Assembly (NCBI GenBank): GCA_022600215.1
Contig: JAHZKV010000090.1
Span: 1-34,512, forward strand
Direction: 5' to 3'
Length of the DNA: 34,512 bases
DNA from: a bacterium
Lineage (GTDB): Bacteria; Chlamydiota; Chlamydiia; Chlamydiales; 2-12-FULL-49-11
Part shown: positions 7,700 to 16,428 of the stretch, in pieces
Numbering within the stretch: the first letter of the stretch is position 1
Layout of the letters: the number at the start of each line of letters is the position of its first letter
Notes under the pieces: model-generated
The model's input: only the letters and a program-made list of their open reading frames with translations
Database searches by the model: none
Told to the model about the DNA's origin: nothing
Position numbers and translations under genes: made by a program

Positions 7700-9562
7700 T
7701 TAGCTGATGCAGCGCTCTTCCTCTTGTAAGATTTTCTTAATGTAGGATTCTACAAATGGGATAAAAGGAAGAAGAGACCTTGTAATGGAGGCAAGTTCTG
7801 CCATATAAAACTCTTTGAACACTCCTTGCTTGTTGCGAATCAAGCTATATAAATGCCATTTCTCGAAGCGATCAAAAGGAGTTTCATTTCTCTCTTTTTT
7901 GAAGGAGAAGTGGTAGTAAAGGTAGTAGAGAGAAACCCTTTTTTGGATGGATTTTCTCCACGGAATAAGACCTGGATGCTTTTTAAGGAATTTCTTCGTA
8001 AGAGAGAGCATATTTTCTTCGTGGGAGAGTTCTTTTGCAGGAAGGTGCTTCATCTCTTCTATCATCATTTTGAAGATAGGGTGCTCATGAGAGAGTTTTA
8101 AATGGGAAGCGAGGGTGAGGTTTTGAATGCTCCAGTAGTGCGCTCGATCTTCTAGATTATTGGCATTAAGTGTGCTAATGCGAGCAAGGTGTTTGATCGC
8201 CAGCTCTACCATCTCCCCAAAAGGAAGTTTGGTATGATCTAAGTATAGCCCTGCAATCTCGTCCTCAATGGTATGCACAAGGTGGGAAGGAATTTTCCAA
8301 GAGTCTTGTAAATTCTCTTTGATGTTTTTCCACACCACAATTTCCAGCATGGAAATATTTTCGACAGGGAAGGAGGGGAGTTTTTCCATTCGATCAAAAA
8401 GAGATAGGAGGCCGTCCAGCAGGTAGCTTTTGATGTTTTTGATACCTTTTTTTTCGGCAAGTAGAATCTCACTGTGGATAAAGTGAAAAACTTCTTTTCG
8501 AATTACTGGCTTTGAATGGTTAAAGTCGCTGGATTTTAGGGAATAGACATATTCGATAGAAGACTTCAATCCGCCTTTAGCCTCTTCTTTGCTGAGATTT
8601 TCTTTCATTCGAAGAACAAAGAGTATTCTTCTTACAAACGATAGGCGCATGGATGCAGAAGGTCTTTTTACTTGTTCTAGTAAAAGAGCGTGCTCTTTTT
8701 TGATAAAAGTCTCTATTTCAGATAAACTCTTCTTTGGGTAAAAGCTGTGAAGAGGAGAGGCAAGGTACATTTTATCTGCGATGATAGAAGAAATTTGTGG
8801 AGTGAGCTCTCTAAAATTACGAATACGGCTGATGGAAAGGAGGCTTTTGATTTTTCCGATCAATCTTTCTTGTAAAGCTTCTTGGGGAAGGAGGGGGTTT
8901 TCTGCTATGAGTTCAAGCTGGAATCGAATCAAAATTTTATCGAGGTTATCGATCGTTTCATAAGGGGAGGCAGCTTTATCAAAGGTTGGGATGAGTTGTT
9001 TTTGCATCGCCCAGATTACTTTGGTGAGCTTATTTTTTTCAATGGATTCTCCATCAACAGCAGCTATGCATTCAGAGATTTTACCAGTGATGTGATGAGC
9101 AAAATGAAAAGAGGCTGCCGCAGAGGGCAGCTCCTTTTCAAAAAATAGAGAAAGATTCTCGCGTATCAGATAGGAAATATCGAGTTTCCCATTTTGACTA
9201 TACGCATAATGCTTCTCTAAATACTTTACATAGTAATGAATCTTCTCCCAGGTCTTTTTAAGGGCAGAAATGCCAAGGCGATAGTGGGGGAAATGCTCTC
9301 TAAATTCTGGTAAGACTTCTGCTAGAAGGGTCTTTTGAATATTTTGGGACCACTTCTTTGGTTGAGAATTTTTGAGGATTTCTTTTTTAAGGCGTTTTGC
9401 TAAAAATAAGGAGAGTTCAGAAAAAGGATCGTGGAAGTCACTTGCTTCTTCTACAGGGTAGAGGTAGCCGTGTTTATGAAGAGCTTTTTCATCACCTCTT
9501 GAGTAGAGCCGGTTTAAAGCATCGCCATGGTCTTTTATTTTATCATTACTATTTTCTGACAT
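7700..9562 (-). CDS. Hypothetical 620-aa all-helical soluble protein, no recognisable domain
   Basis: Uninterrupted 1863-nt ORF in an AT-rich, stop-rich genome. ATG start, no signal peptide or TM segment, no catalytic motif recognised. Confidence 0.75.
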   Translation of the reverse strand: MSENSNDKIKDHGDALNRLYSRGDEKALHKHGYLYPVEEASDFHDPFSELSLFLAKRLKKEILKNSQPKKWSQNIQKTLLAEVLPEFREHFPHYRLGISALKKTWEKIHYYVKYLEKHYAYSQNGKLDISYLIRENLSLFFEKELPSAAASFHFAHHITGKISECIAAVDGESIEKNKLTKVIWAMQKQLIPTFDKAASPYETIDNLDKILIRFQLELIAENPLLPQEALQERLIGKIKSLLSISRIRNFRELTPQISSIIADKMYLASPLHSFYPKKSLSEIETFIKKEHALLLEQVKRPSASMRLSFVRRILFVLRMKENLSKEEAKGGLKSSIEYVYSLKSSDFNHSKPVIRKEVFHFIHSEILLAEKKGIKNIKSYLLDGLLSLFDRMEKLPSFPVENISMLEIVVWKNIKENLQDSWKIPSHLVHTIEDEIAGLYLDHTKLPFGEMVELAIKHLARISTLNANNLEDRAHYWSIQNLTLASHLKLSHEHPIFKMMIEEMKHLPAKELSHEENMLSLTKKFLKKHPGLIPWRKSIQKRVSLYYLYYHFSFKKERNETPFDRFEKWHLYSLIRNKQGVFKEFYMAELASITRSLLPFIPFVESYIKKILQEEERCIS

Positions 9563-9767
9563 AGGTCAATTTTTTTTATAAGTTATTCTTTTTTCTATAG
9601 TAATTCGATTTTTTTGTCTAATGATTATATTACATATTTAATAAAGGAGGCATTTAATTAATCTGGAAGGCCGTCTAATCCTTTCTACTCCATCAATTTG
9701 GGTCTTTTAAGGAAAAGAAAAAAATGATATAGTGGGAAAACTTCTAACAATTTAATGGAGATAGGAT

Positions 9768-10205
9768 ATGAATTATACTTGGATTGCAGGACATCTTGGA
9801 GCTGACCCAGAAACAAGATTTACCCCATCAGGAAGAAAGGTAACGAGCTTACGTGTTGCTACCAAATCTCGTAAGGGTGGAAATGATGAAACGATTTGGA
9901 TGAAGGTAACTATTTGGGGAGAGACTTTTGATAAGATCTTGCCATATTTTAAAAAAGGTAGTCCTATCGTAGTATGTGGTGAGTTAATGCCGCCAGAAGT
10001 ATATCAAAATAGAGAGGGGAACACTCAAGTTTCTTTAAACATCACCGCTAATCATATTGCCTTTAGTCCATTTGGAAAACCAAAATCAGAAGGATCTCCA
10101 CAGGCAAGCGCTGCGCCAAACTTTGGAGCGGCTCCAGAGCAAGCATTTGGAGGGGCAGCACCTGCTGCTCAAGCGGAAGTGCCTGACGAAGAAATTCCAT
10201 TTTAA
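9768..10205 (+). CDS. ssb: Single-stranded DNA-binding protein
   Basis: 145 aa. N-terminal OB fold (IAGHLGADPETRFTPSGRKVTSLRVAT), a Gly/Ala/Pro-rich linker and the acidic tail DEEIPF. SD GGAGATAGG lies upstream. Confidence 0.95.
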   Translation: MNYTWIAGHLGADPETRFTPSGRKVTSLRVATKSRKGGNDETIWMKVTIWGETFDKILPYFKKGSPIVVCGELMPPEVYQNREGNTQVSLNITANHIAFSPFGKPKSEGSPQASAAPNFGAAPEQAFGGAAPAAQAEVPDEEIPF

Positions 10206-10220
10206 TCAACGATTCTAATT

Positions 10221-10267
10221 CTATCTCTTTCTAATAAAATCACATAGAAAGAGATAGGTTTATTTTA
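10221..10267 (+). terminator. Putative intrinsic terminator after ssb
   Basis: Perfect 11-bp inverted repeat ctatctctttc (10221-10231) / gaaagagatag (10247-10257) with a 15-nt loop, followed by gtttatttta. Confidence 0.5.
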
Positions 10268-10401
10268 AAGATTTATTAAAGAAAAAATTGCAAAAAAAAT
10301 GCCTAATTTGGTTAGTTGGGGTTAGATCTCTTCTCTTGCGGATAGCTTTTTGCTGAACGCATAAGAAGAAAACTAAATAACATACTAACTATAGAGGTAT
10401 T

Positions 10402-10563
10402 ATGAAAAATCTAACTAAATTTGCAATGTTTGCAGTAGTTGCTGCAATGTGCTTATCATGCGGCAATGACGGTCGTCAAAAATGCAGAAGAAAAAAGAGT
10501 CCAAGAAAATGTAAATCTTGTACTGCTTTTGTAGTAACGCCAGAACAAACAAATAAACTTTAA
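10402..10563 (+). CDS. 53-aa Cys-rich, highly basic mini-lipoprotein (not in the ORF track)
   Basis: My translation: MKNLTKFAMFAVVAAMCLSCGNDGRQKCRRKKSPRKCKSCTAFVVTPEQTNKL. SD GAGG lies 5 nt upstream. Signal peptide plus lipobox-like C-L-S-C. The mature 34-aa peptide has 4 Cys and 9 K/R. Confidence 0.6.
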   Translation: MKNLTKFAMFAVVAAMCLSCGNDGRQKCRRKKSPRKCKSCTAFVVTPEQTNKL

Positions 10564-10578
10564 TAATAAGGTAAAAAT

Positions 10579-10749
10579 ATGAAAAGATATGTAATGTACA
10601 CTATCTTAAGCGTTTTTTGCGTTTCTTTAACTTCTTGTACTTTCGGTGGTGGTCAAAAGAAAGATCATAAGAAAAAAGAGAAGCATCAGGAGATGGACAA
10701 GAAAAAAGCACCATCGCACAGAAGATACCATTCAGAGCTTAGTCTCTAA
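10579..10749 (+). CDS. 56-aa highly basic mini-lipoprotein (not in the ORF track)
   Basis: My translation: MKRYVMYTILSVFCVSLTSCTFGGGQKKDHKKKEKHQEMDKKKAPSHRRYHSELSL. SD AAGG upstream. Signal peptide plus lipobox L-T-S-C. Starts 15 nt after the previous mini-ORF and is followed by a terminator. Confidence 0.6.
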   Translation: MKRYVMYTILSVFCVSLTSCTFGGGQKKDHKKKEKHQEMDKKKAPSHRRYHSELSL

Positions 10750-10784
10750 TTCGGCATCAGCGACTGCAGACGCTTATTTGATGT

Positions 10785-10814
10785 AACCCTTCTTTGGAAG
10801 GGTTATTTTTTTTA
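10785..10814 (+). terminator. Intrinsic terminator after the mini-lipoprotein pair
   Basis: aacccttc (10785-10792), loop tttg, gaagggtt (10797-10804), then a T-run (attttttttt). Confidence 0.75.
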
Positions 10815-10822
10815 ATAAAAAA

Positions 10823-10918
10823 GCTGGAGAACACTCATAACATAAGGTCAAATACTTAAGGCTGCTACCTTCCGGTCCTGACCTGGTTCATAATAATCTT
10901 ATTTACAAGGTCCCCAGC
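10823..10918 (-). ncRNA. ffs: Signal recognition particle RNA (4.5S / small SRP RNA)
   Basis: The minus strand reads GCUGGGGACC...AACCAGGUCAGGACCGGAAGGUAGCAGCC...GUUCUCCAGC. This is the conserved helix-8 core (E. coli CCAGGUCAGGUCCGGAAGGAAGCAGCC) with a GGAA tetraloop and a compensatory U-A to A-U change at the loop-closing stem. The 5' GCUGGGGA pairs with the 3' UCUCCAGC, and a U6 run follows. Ends are approximate (+/-5 nt). Confidence 0.85.
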
Positions 10919-10927
10919 AAAAAGAGG

Positions 10928-10957
10928 ATTATATCAAACTAAGTAGTTTGTGATCAA
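10928..10957 (-). promoter_or_regulatory. Candidate ffs promoter embedded in the uvrA 3' end
   Basis: Minus strand: TTGATC (10957-10952), 18-nt spacer, extended -10 TGaTATAAT (10936-10928). The TG belongs to the uvrA TGA stop codon. The RNA 5' G lies 10 nt downstream. Confidence 0.5.
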
Positions 10958-13900
10958 TGCTAAGTTGCGTTTTTTCACTTCTGAAAGAGGGCCCATATCC
11001 ACAATCTTGCCACCAAGCTCGCCTCCAGTGGGGCCTAAATCAATGATTGTATCACTATTTTCCACAATATCCGTATTATGCTCGATGATCCAGATACCAT
11101 GACCCTTTTCAAGGAGGGTATCAAATAATTGTAATAGTAATTTCGTGTCGGTAAAGTGCAGGCCAGTGGTAGGTTCATCAAAGATGTAGAGGGTATGCCC
11201 TACATCTTTACTGAGCAATTCTTTGGTAATTTTGAGGCGGGAGGCTTCTCCACCAGATAGGGTTTTCACACGTCGGTTGATGGATAGGTGAGATAGTCCC
11301 GTTGCTTCAAGTAAATCTAAGGCTTTGGTGATTTTTGTAAGGGGAGGGAAGAGTTCTTTTGCACCGCCTACATCGTTTTGTAGTAATTCAGAGATAGAGA
11401 GCCCTTTATATTTCACCGATAAGCTCAACGGGTTTAGTCGCAAACCATTACAAGAAGAGCAGGTGAGTTTTACAGGAGGTAAAAAATGCAAATCAACCCA
11501 TTCATGGCCATGACCTTTACAGCGTTTGCAATGGCCAAGAGCACTATTAAAGCTAAAGTTTCCTGCTTTTAATCCTTTGATTTTTGAATCAGGTAGAGCT
11601 GCAAAAAAGGTTCTAAGAGGAGATAGGATATCCAGATAAGTGGAAATATCTGATCGTGAGGAGAGAGAAACAGGAGTTTGGTTGATGTGTAGTACTTTAG
11701 ATAAAGCCTTGCAATTATCAATCACCCCATTTTTTCTGGAGAGTTTATTAATAGGCTTTTTCCGTTTGAAGTTTTCCTCAAGATGATTGTATAAAAAATC
11801 AATAACGAGGGAGGTTTTTCCTGCACCAGAAACGCCTGTAAAGGTGGTAATTCCATCCAGAGGAATAGATAGCGAGAGATCTTTGATATTGTGGATGTTT
11901 ACCTTTTCTACATCTAAAAAAGTGGAAGGGACAATCTTTTTTGTCATGCGGTTAAGTTTTTCTTTTCCTGCTAGGAAAGGTCCCGTTACCGAATGCTTAT
12001 CTTTGAGCATTTGTTTATAGCTTCCTTGGAAGACAATTTCTCCACCATTCTTTCCAGATTTTGGGCCAAAATCCACAAGGTGATCGGCAATTTTCATGGT
12101 GAGGGGGTCATGCTCTACGATAATTAAGGTATTTCCACGCTCTTTCATTTTCAGGAGTGATTTGTTTAAAAGCTCATTGTTAACCGGATGAAGTCCAATC
12201 GTAGGCTCATCTAGAATATAGCAAGCGCCAGTAAGCTCTTTATGCAGCTCCTTAGAAAGGCGAAGGCGCTGCAGCTCTCCTGTGGAAAGAGTTCTAGTCA
12301 TCCGCCCAAGAGATAAATAGGAAAGACCAATTTCATTTAAGAAGGAGAGGGTAGAGACGACCTTTTCCAAAGGCTCTTTGATTGTATCGCGCGTCTCTAT
12401 CTTTTTGACAAATTTTTCTGCTTCTTCAATAGATAGCGAGCAGAGTTTTGGCAAAGATAGATCTTCAATCAATACATTGGAAGCAAGAGGGTTGAGCCTT
12501 CCGCCATTGCAGCTTGGGCAAATTTCTTCATTGTTACTTCCAAAGTAGGCATACATTTCTTCATCAATATCGATCAAGATTCCAAGGCCATTACAATATG
12601 GACACATTCCCTCGGCATGGTTGAAAGAGAAGGTGTGGTGGGTGATCTTTGGGTAAGATTTACCTGTCTCTTTTACAGAGAAGGAGAGATTGAAATATTT
12701 TTCCTCTTCCCCAGCGATGATAATCACTTCATCAGAGGAATATTTTAGAGCAAGATTGATAGCAGCGACCATACGTTTTGCAGAAGACTTACCGCTGACC
12801 AGGCGATCAATTACTAGCTCAAGCTTATTTTTTCGCAGACGTCGGAAAGGGATTTCCTCATCTAGTTCATAGAGCTTACCATTGAGCCTAATTCGTAAAA
12901 AACCATTTGCAAGAAATTTTTCCTGCCATTTGACAAAGTCCTCTATTTGGGAGGTGTTAATAGGAGCAAGCACCGTAATTTTTGTTTTTTCTGGAAGGTC
13001 TTTATATCTATGAGCAATGGCTTCACTGGTTACTTGGACAATTGGGTAGCCACTCTCTGGGCAAAAAGGTTTTCCAATATGAGTATAAATCAAGCGAAGG
13101 TGATCGTAGGTTTCTGCCATTGTTCCAAGAGTACTTCTTGGGTTCATGCTTCTCATGCGCTGTTCAATTGCCACCGTTGGGGATAGATTTTCAATTCTTC
13201 CATATTTAGGTTTTGGCATGGCCTTTACAAAGCGTCTGGTAAATGGTGGCAGTGTTTCCACAAAGCGCCTTTGAGCTTCTGAATAAATGGTATTATAGGC
13301 AAGGCTAGTCTTACCAGATCCGGAGGGGCCGGAAAATACGGAGATCTTTTCTTTAGGAAGGGTAAGAGAGAGATCTTTTAAGTTATGCTCTTTGGCATGA
13401 GTAATCACTATCTCTTTTTTCTCTTCTACTCTAGATTCTACCCCTTCAATAATAGTCTTTTCCCCTTTAAGAGCAGCTTTGATAAATGGTGCGGTGGGGG
13501 ATTTACTTTTTGCTACCTCTTCAGGAGTTCCTGTAGCGATAATCTTCCCTCCGCCACTTCCTCCCTTTGGTCCAAGGTCTATCACATAATCACATGTTTT
13601 AACCAAATCCATGTTGTGCTCAATGACCACAATGCTATTGCCATTATCTACTAACTCATGAAGGATTCTTAGCAGCTTTTCAATATCATAAAAATGGAGG
13701 CCAGTAGTTGGCTCATCTAAAATATAGAGGGTATTAGAGCTTTTCTTTTTTAGTAGCTCGCATGCAAGCTTTATCCGTTGGGCCTCTCCTCCTGAAAGGG
13801 TGGTAGCTGATTGCCCAAGGGTGATATACCCAAGGCCCATTTCAAACAACAAGGAGAGCTTTCGATGGATGGAGGGGATCTTTTCAAAAAAGGTAGCAGC

Positions 13901-16306
13901 CTCTTCAATAGGCATTTCCAATACATCAGAGATATGCTTACCTTGATAGGTAACAGAGAGCGTTCCTGCATCAAAGCGCTTACCAAAGCACTCTTCACAT
14001 TCCACCCAAACATCTGCCAAAAAGTCCATATCTACTTTTACTTGGCCTATCCCACTACAGTTTTTACAGCTCCCTTCCTTTACATTGAAGCTAAAACGCC
14101 CCTCATTATAACCAGCAGCTTTTGCAGCAGGAAGCATGGCAAAAAACTTCCGTATATCGGTAAAGACTCCTACGTACGTAGCAGGATTTGATCTTGGCGT
14201 CCTCCCAATAGGTGATTGGTCAATGGAAACTACTTTTTGGATTTTTTCTTCGCCCACCATCTTTTTATGCTTTCCTACAGGCAAAGTGGTTTTGTGGAGT
14301 ATATTATTTAGATATGGATAGAGAGTTTCTGAAATAAGGGAGGATTTTCCGGAACCAGAAATACCAGTAATTGCAACCATCGCATTGAGGGGGATCGCTA
14401 CATCTACTTTTTTTAAGTTATGGTGCTCCGCTTTTTCTATTTTGATCACATTGTTTAGATCAATTTTTCTCCGCTTTGGGATAGAGATGCTCTCTCTTCC
14501 GGATAAGTAGTTTGCCGTAATGGATTGTTTTTCTTGTAGAAACTTCTTTTTCGATCCAGCAAAGAGTACTTTTCCACCATGTCTTCCCGCTTTTGGCCCA
14601 ACGTCTACAATAGAGTCTGCAGCTAGTATCGTCTCTTCATCATGTTCTACAATAATGATGGTATTGCCAAGCGCTTGCAACGCTTTTAATGTTTTAATCA
14701 ATTTTAAATTGTCGCCTGGGTGAAGACCAATACTTGGCTCATCTAAGATGTATAAGACATCGGTTAATGAGGATCCAATCAATCCAGAAAGCCTCACTCG
14801 CTGCGCTTCTCCTCCAGAAAGAGTGGGGGAGGTGCGATCAATGGTCAAGTAAGGAAGACCTACATCTACTAAAAAGGAGAGGCGGGAGACAATCTCTTTG
14901 AGAATCTCCTCTGCGATTACTTTTTGCTCTTTAGAAAGTTTTACTTTTTTGATTTTAGCTAAAAATTCTTCTACAGAGAGAGCTGCCCACGCAGCAATAG
15001 TTAACCCTTCAAATTTAGCTGCGGCAGGATAGGCTTTGAGCCTTGTCCCTTTACACTCGGCGCACGGGGAGATGTCCATCAAGGCACGCATCTTGTTTTT
15101 ATATACTTCTGTAGAAGACTCATGGATACGATCTTTGGCAATGTTAATTACCCCTTTCCACTCGACGTAGTCACTCCACTTATATCCAGTATCTGGGTGG
15201 GTGAACTTCATCTTCACCCATTTTTCCTCCGTTCCATATAAAAAGACCTCTTTAGCTTTTTTATGGAGCTTTTTCCATGGAGTGCTTAACTTAAAATCAT
15301 AGAGTTTTGCTAGGTTTTTATAGATATTGCCCCATTTCACCGTATCAAAATGTGGAGCAATGGAGCAGCAATCGCCTCGAATGCTTAGATCTTCATCAAT
15401 GATCTTTTCGATTACAAACTCTTCACAAATACCAATCCCTTTACACTTGGAGCACATTCCCTTTGGGTGGTTGAAAGAGAAATCTTCGCTTTCAAGAGTT
15501 TTGTAGTAGAGCCCTGATTTTGGTGAATAACTAAAAAGGGAGTAAACCTTTGTCTCTTTTAAAGAGGGGAGGAAGAGAGAAAAGACCCCGTCTCCAACCT
15601 TTAATGCATGAGATATTGCCTCGTCCATACGGGCGCTATTTTCCTCTGATAAGATCAACCTATCAATGACAATATCAATGTCGTGGGCTTTTTCTTTATC
15701 AAGCGTTGGAATTTCTTCACTTAAATCATAGGCATCACCATCAATATAGAGCCGGTAAAAGCCCTTTTTAAGGAGGTGCTCCATATCATCTTTAAAAGCC
15801 CCCTTTTTTCCCTTTGCAAAAGGAGCTAAAAATATAGATTTGATCCCATCACCGAGGTCCAAAATACTCTCTTTGATCTCTTTTTCCGTAGCTGGAGAAA
15901 CCTTTTCCCCACTTACTGGACAATAAGCTACTCCTAAATTTGCAAAGAGCAGACGCAAATGGTCGTAAATATTGGTAATAGTTCCTACGGTCGATCTTGG
16001 ATTGTGAGAAAGGGTCTTTTGCTCAATAGCGATGGTTGGTGGGAGACCAGAGATTTCTTTTGCATCTGGAGATGGAAGTTTGCCAATTCCACGCCTTGCA
16101 CTTTTGGATAAGGAATCAATGTATCGCTTCTGCCCTTCAATAAACAGAGTGTCAAAAGCAAGGGATGATTTTCCAGATCCAGAAACACCAGTGAATGCAA
16201 TCATCTCCCCAATTGGTAGGGATAGATCGACATTTTTTAGGTTATGAACCTTCACTCCTTTTAAGGTGATAGAGCGTTTTTTATGCATAGAACAAGTATC
16301 TACCAA
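10934..16306 (-). CDS. uvrA: Excinuclease ABC subunit A, tandem-duplicated (two complete UvrA modules, four ABC nucleotide-binding domains)
   Basis: 1790-aa continuous frame (TTG at 16306; first ATG at 16288). Walker A motifs GVSGSGKSS, GISGSGKSS, GPSGSGKTS, GVSGAGKTS. ABC signatures LSGGEAQR (x2), LSTGELQR, LSGGEASR. UvrA Zn-finger Cys pairs (CKNCSGIG...CEECFGKRF; CKRCKGHG...CSSCNGLRL). The second module starts near aa 945 (nt ~13474). Confidence 0.95.
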   Translation of the reverse strand: MVDTCSMHKKRSITLKGVKVHNLKNVDLSLPIGEMIAFTGVSGSGKSSLAFDTLFIEGQKRYIDSLSKSARRGIGKLPSPDAKEISGLPPTIAIEQKTLSHNPRSTVGTITNIYDHLRLLFANLGVAYCPVSGEKVSPATEKEIKESILDLGDGIKSIFLAPFAKGKKGAFKDDMEHLLKKGFYRLYIDGDAYDLSEEIPTLDKEKAHDIDIVIDRLILSEENSARMDEAISHALKVGDGVFSLFLPSLKETKVYSLFSYSPKSGLYYKTLESEDFSFNHPKGMCSKCKGIGICEEFVIEKIIDEDLSIRGDCCSIAPHFDTVKWGNIYKNLAKLYDFKLSTPWKKLHKKAKEVFLYGTEEKWVKMKFTHPDTGYKWSDYVEWKGVINIAKDRIHESSTEVYKNKMRALMDISPCAECKGTRLKAYPAAAKFEGLTIAAWAALSVEEFLAKIKKVKLSKEQKVIAEEILKEIVSRLSFLVDVGLPYLTIDRTSPTLSGGEAQRVRLSGLIGSSLTDVLYILDEPSIGLHPGDNLKLIKTLKALQALGNTIIIVEHDEETILAADSIVDVGPKAGRHGGKVLFAGSKKKFLQEKQSITANYLSGRESISIPKRRKIDLNNVIKIEKAEHHNLKKVDVAIPLNAMVAITGISGSGKSSLISETLYPYLNNILHKTTLPVGKHKKMVGEEKIQKVVSIDQSPIGRTPRSNPATYVGVFTDIRKFFAMLPAAKAAGYNEGRFSFNVKEGSCKNCSGIGQVKVDMDFLADVWVECEECFGKRFDAGTLSVTYQGKHISDVLEMPIEEAATFFEKIPSIHRKLSLLFEMGLGYITLGQSATTLSGGEAQRIKLACELLKKKSSNTLYILDEPTTGLHFYDIEKLLRILHELVDNGNSIVVIEHNMDLVKTCDYVIDLGPKGGSGGGKIIATGTPEEVAKSKSPTAPFIKAALKGEKTIIEGVESRVEEKKEIVITHAKEHNLKDLSLTLPKEKISVFSGPSGSGKTSLAYNTIYSEAQRRFVETLPPFTRRFVKAMPKPKYGRIENLSPTVAIEQRMRSMNPRSTLGTMAETYDHLRLIYTHIGKPFCPESGYPIVQVTSEAIAHRYKDLPEKTKITVLAPINTSQIEDFVKWQEKFLANGFLRIRLNGKLYELDEEIPFRRLRKNKLELVIDRLVSGKSSAKRMVAAINLALKYSSDEVIIIAGEEEKYFNLSFSVKETGKSYPKITHHTFSFNHAEGMCPYCNGLGILIDIDEEMYAYFGSNNEEICPSCNGGRLNPLASNVLIEDLSLPKLCSLSIEEAEKFVKKIETRDTIKEPLEKVVSTLSFLNEIGLSYLSLGRMTRTLSTGELQRLRLSKELHKELTGACYILDEPTIGLHPVNNELLNKSLLKMKERGNTLIIVEHDPLTMKIADHLVDFGPKSGKNGGEIVFQGSYKQMLKDKHSVTGPFLAGKEKLNRMTKKIVPSTFLDVEKVNIHNIKDLSLSIPLDGITTFTGVSGAGKTSLVIDFLYNHLEENFKRKKPINKLSRKNGVIDNCKALSKVLHINQTPVSLSSRSDISTYLDILSPLRTFFAALPDSKIKGLKAGNFSFNSALGHCKRCKGHGHEWVDLHFLPPVKLTCSSCNGLRLNPLSLSVKYKGLSISELLQNDVGGAKELFPPLTKITKALDLLEATGLSHLSINRRVKTLSGGEASRLKITKELLSKDVGHTLYIFDEPTTGLHFTDTKLLLQLFDTLLEKGHGIWIIEHNTDIVENSDTIIDLGPTGGELGGKIVDMGPLSEVKKRNLALITNYLV

Positions 16307-16428
16307 ACTCTTATTTTAGTAAAGAATAGTATCTTGCTTACCCTTAAAGAGTAAAGTTTTTTTTTGAAAAAAGGTGGCTTGAAATATGAAGATACGGTAA
16401 AATTCACCAGGTTTTAAGTGAGGTAGAT

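Noticed and set aside
9644-9711. Strong orphan Shine-Dalgarno AAGGAGG in the spacer upstream of ssb
   Set aside because: No ATG, GTG or TTG lies at a workable distance. Only an ATT-initiated 17-codon frame follows (INLEGRLILSTPSIWVF). This is too speculative to call a gene, though a leader peptide or chance match cannot be excluded without Ribo-seq.
11325-16247. About a dozen 60-126-aa plus-strand ORFs, and two in-strand off-frame ORFs, inside uvrA
   Set aside because: All lie within the continuous 1790-aa UvrA frame, whose motifs are conserved end to end. None has start signals or recognisable motifs.
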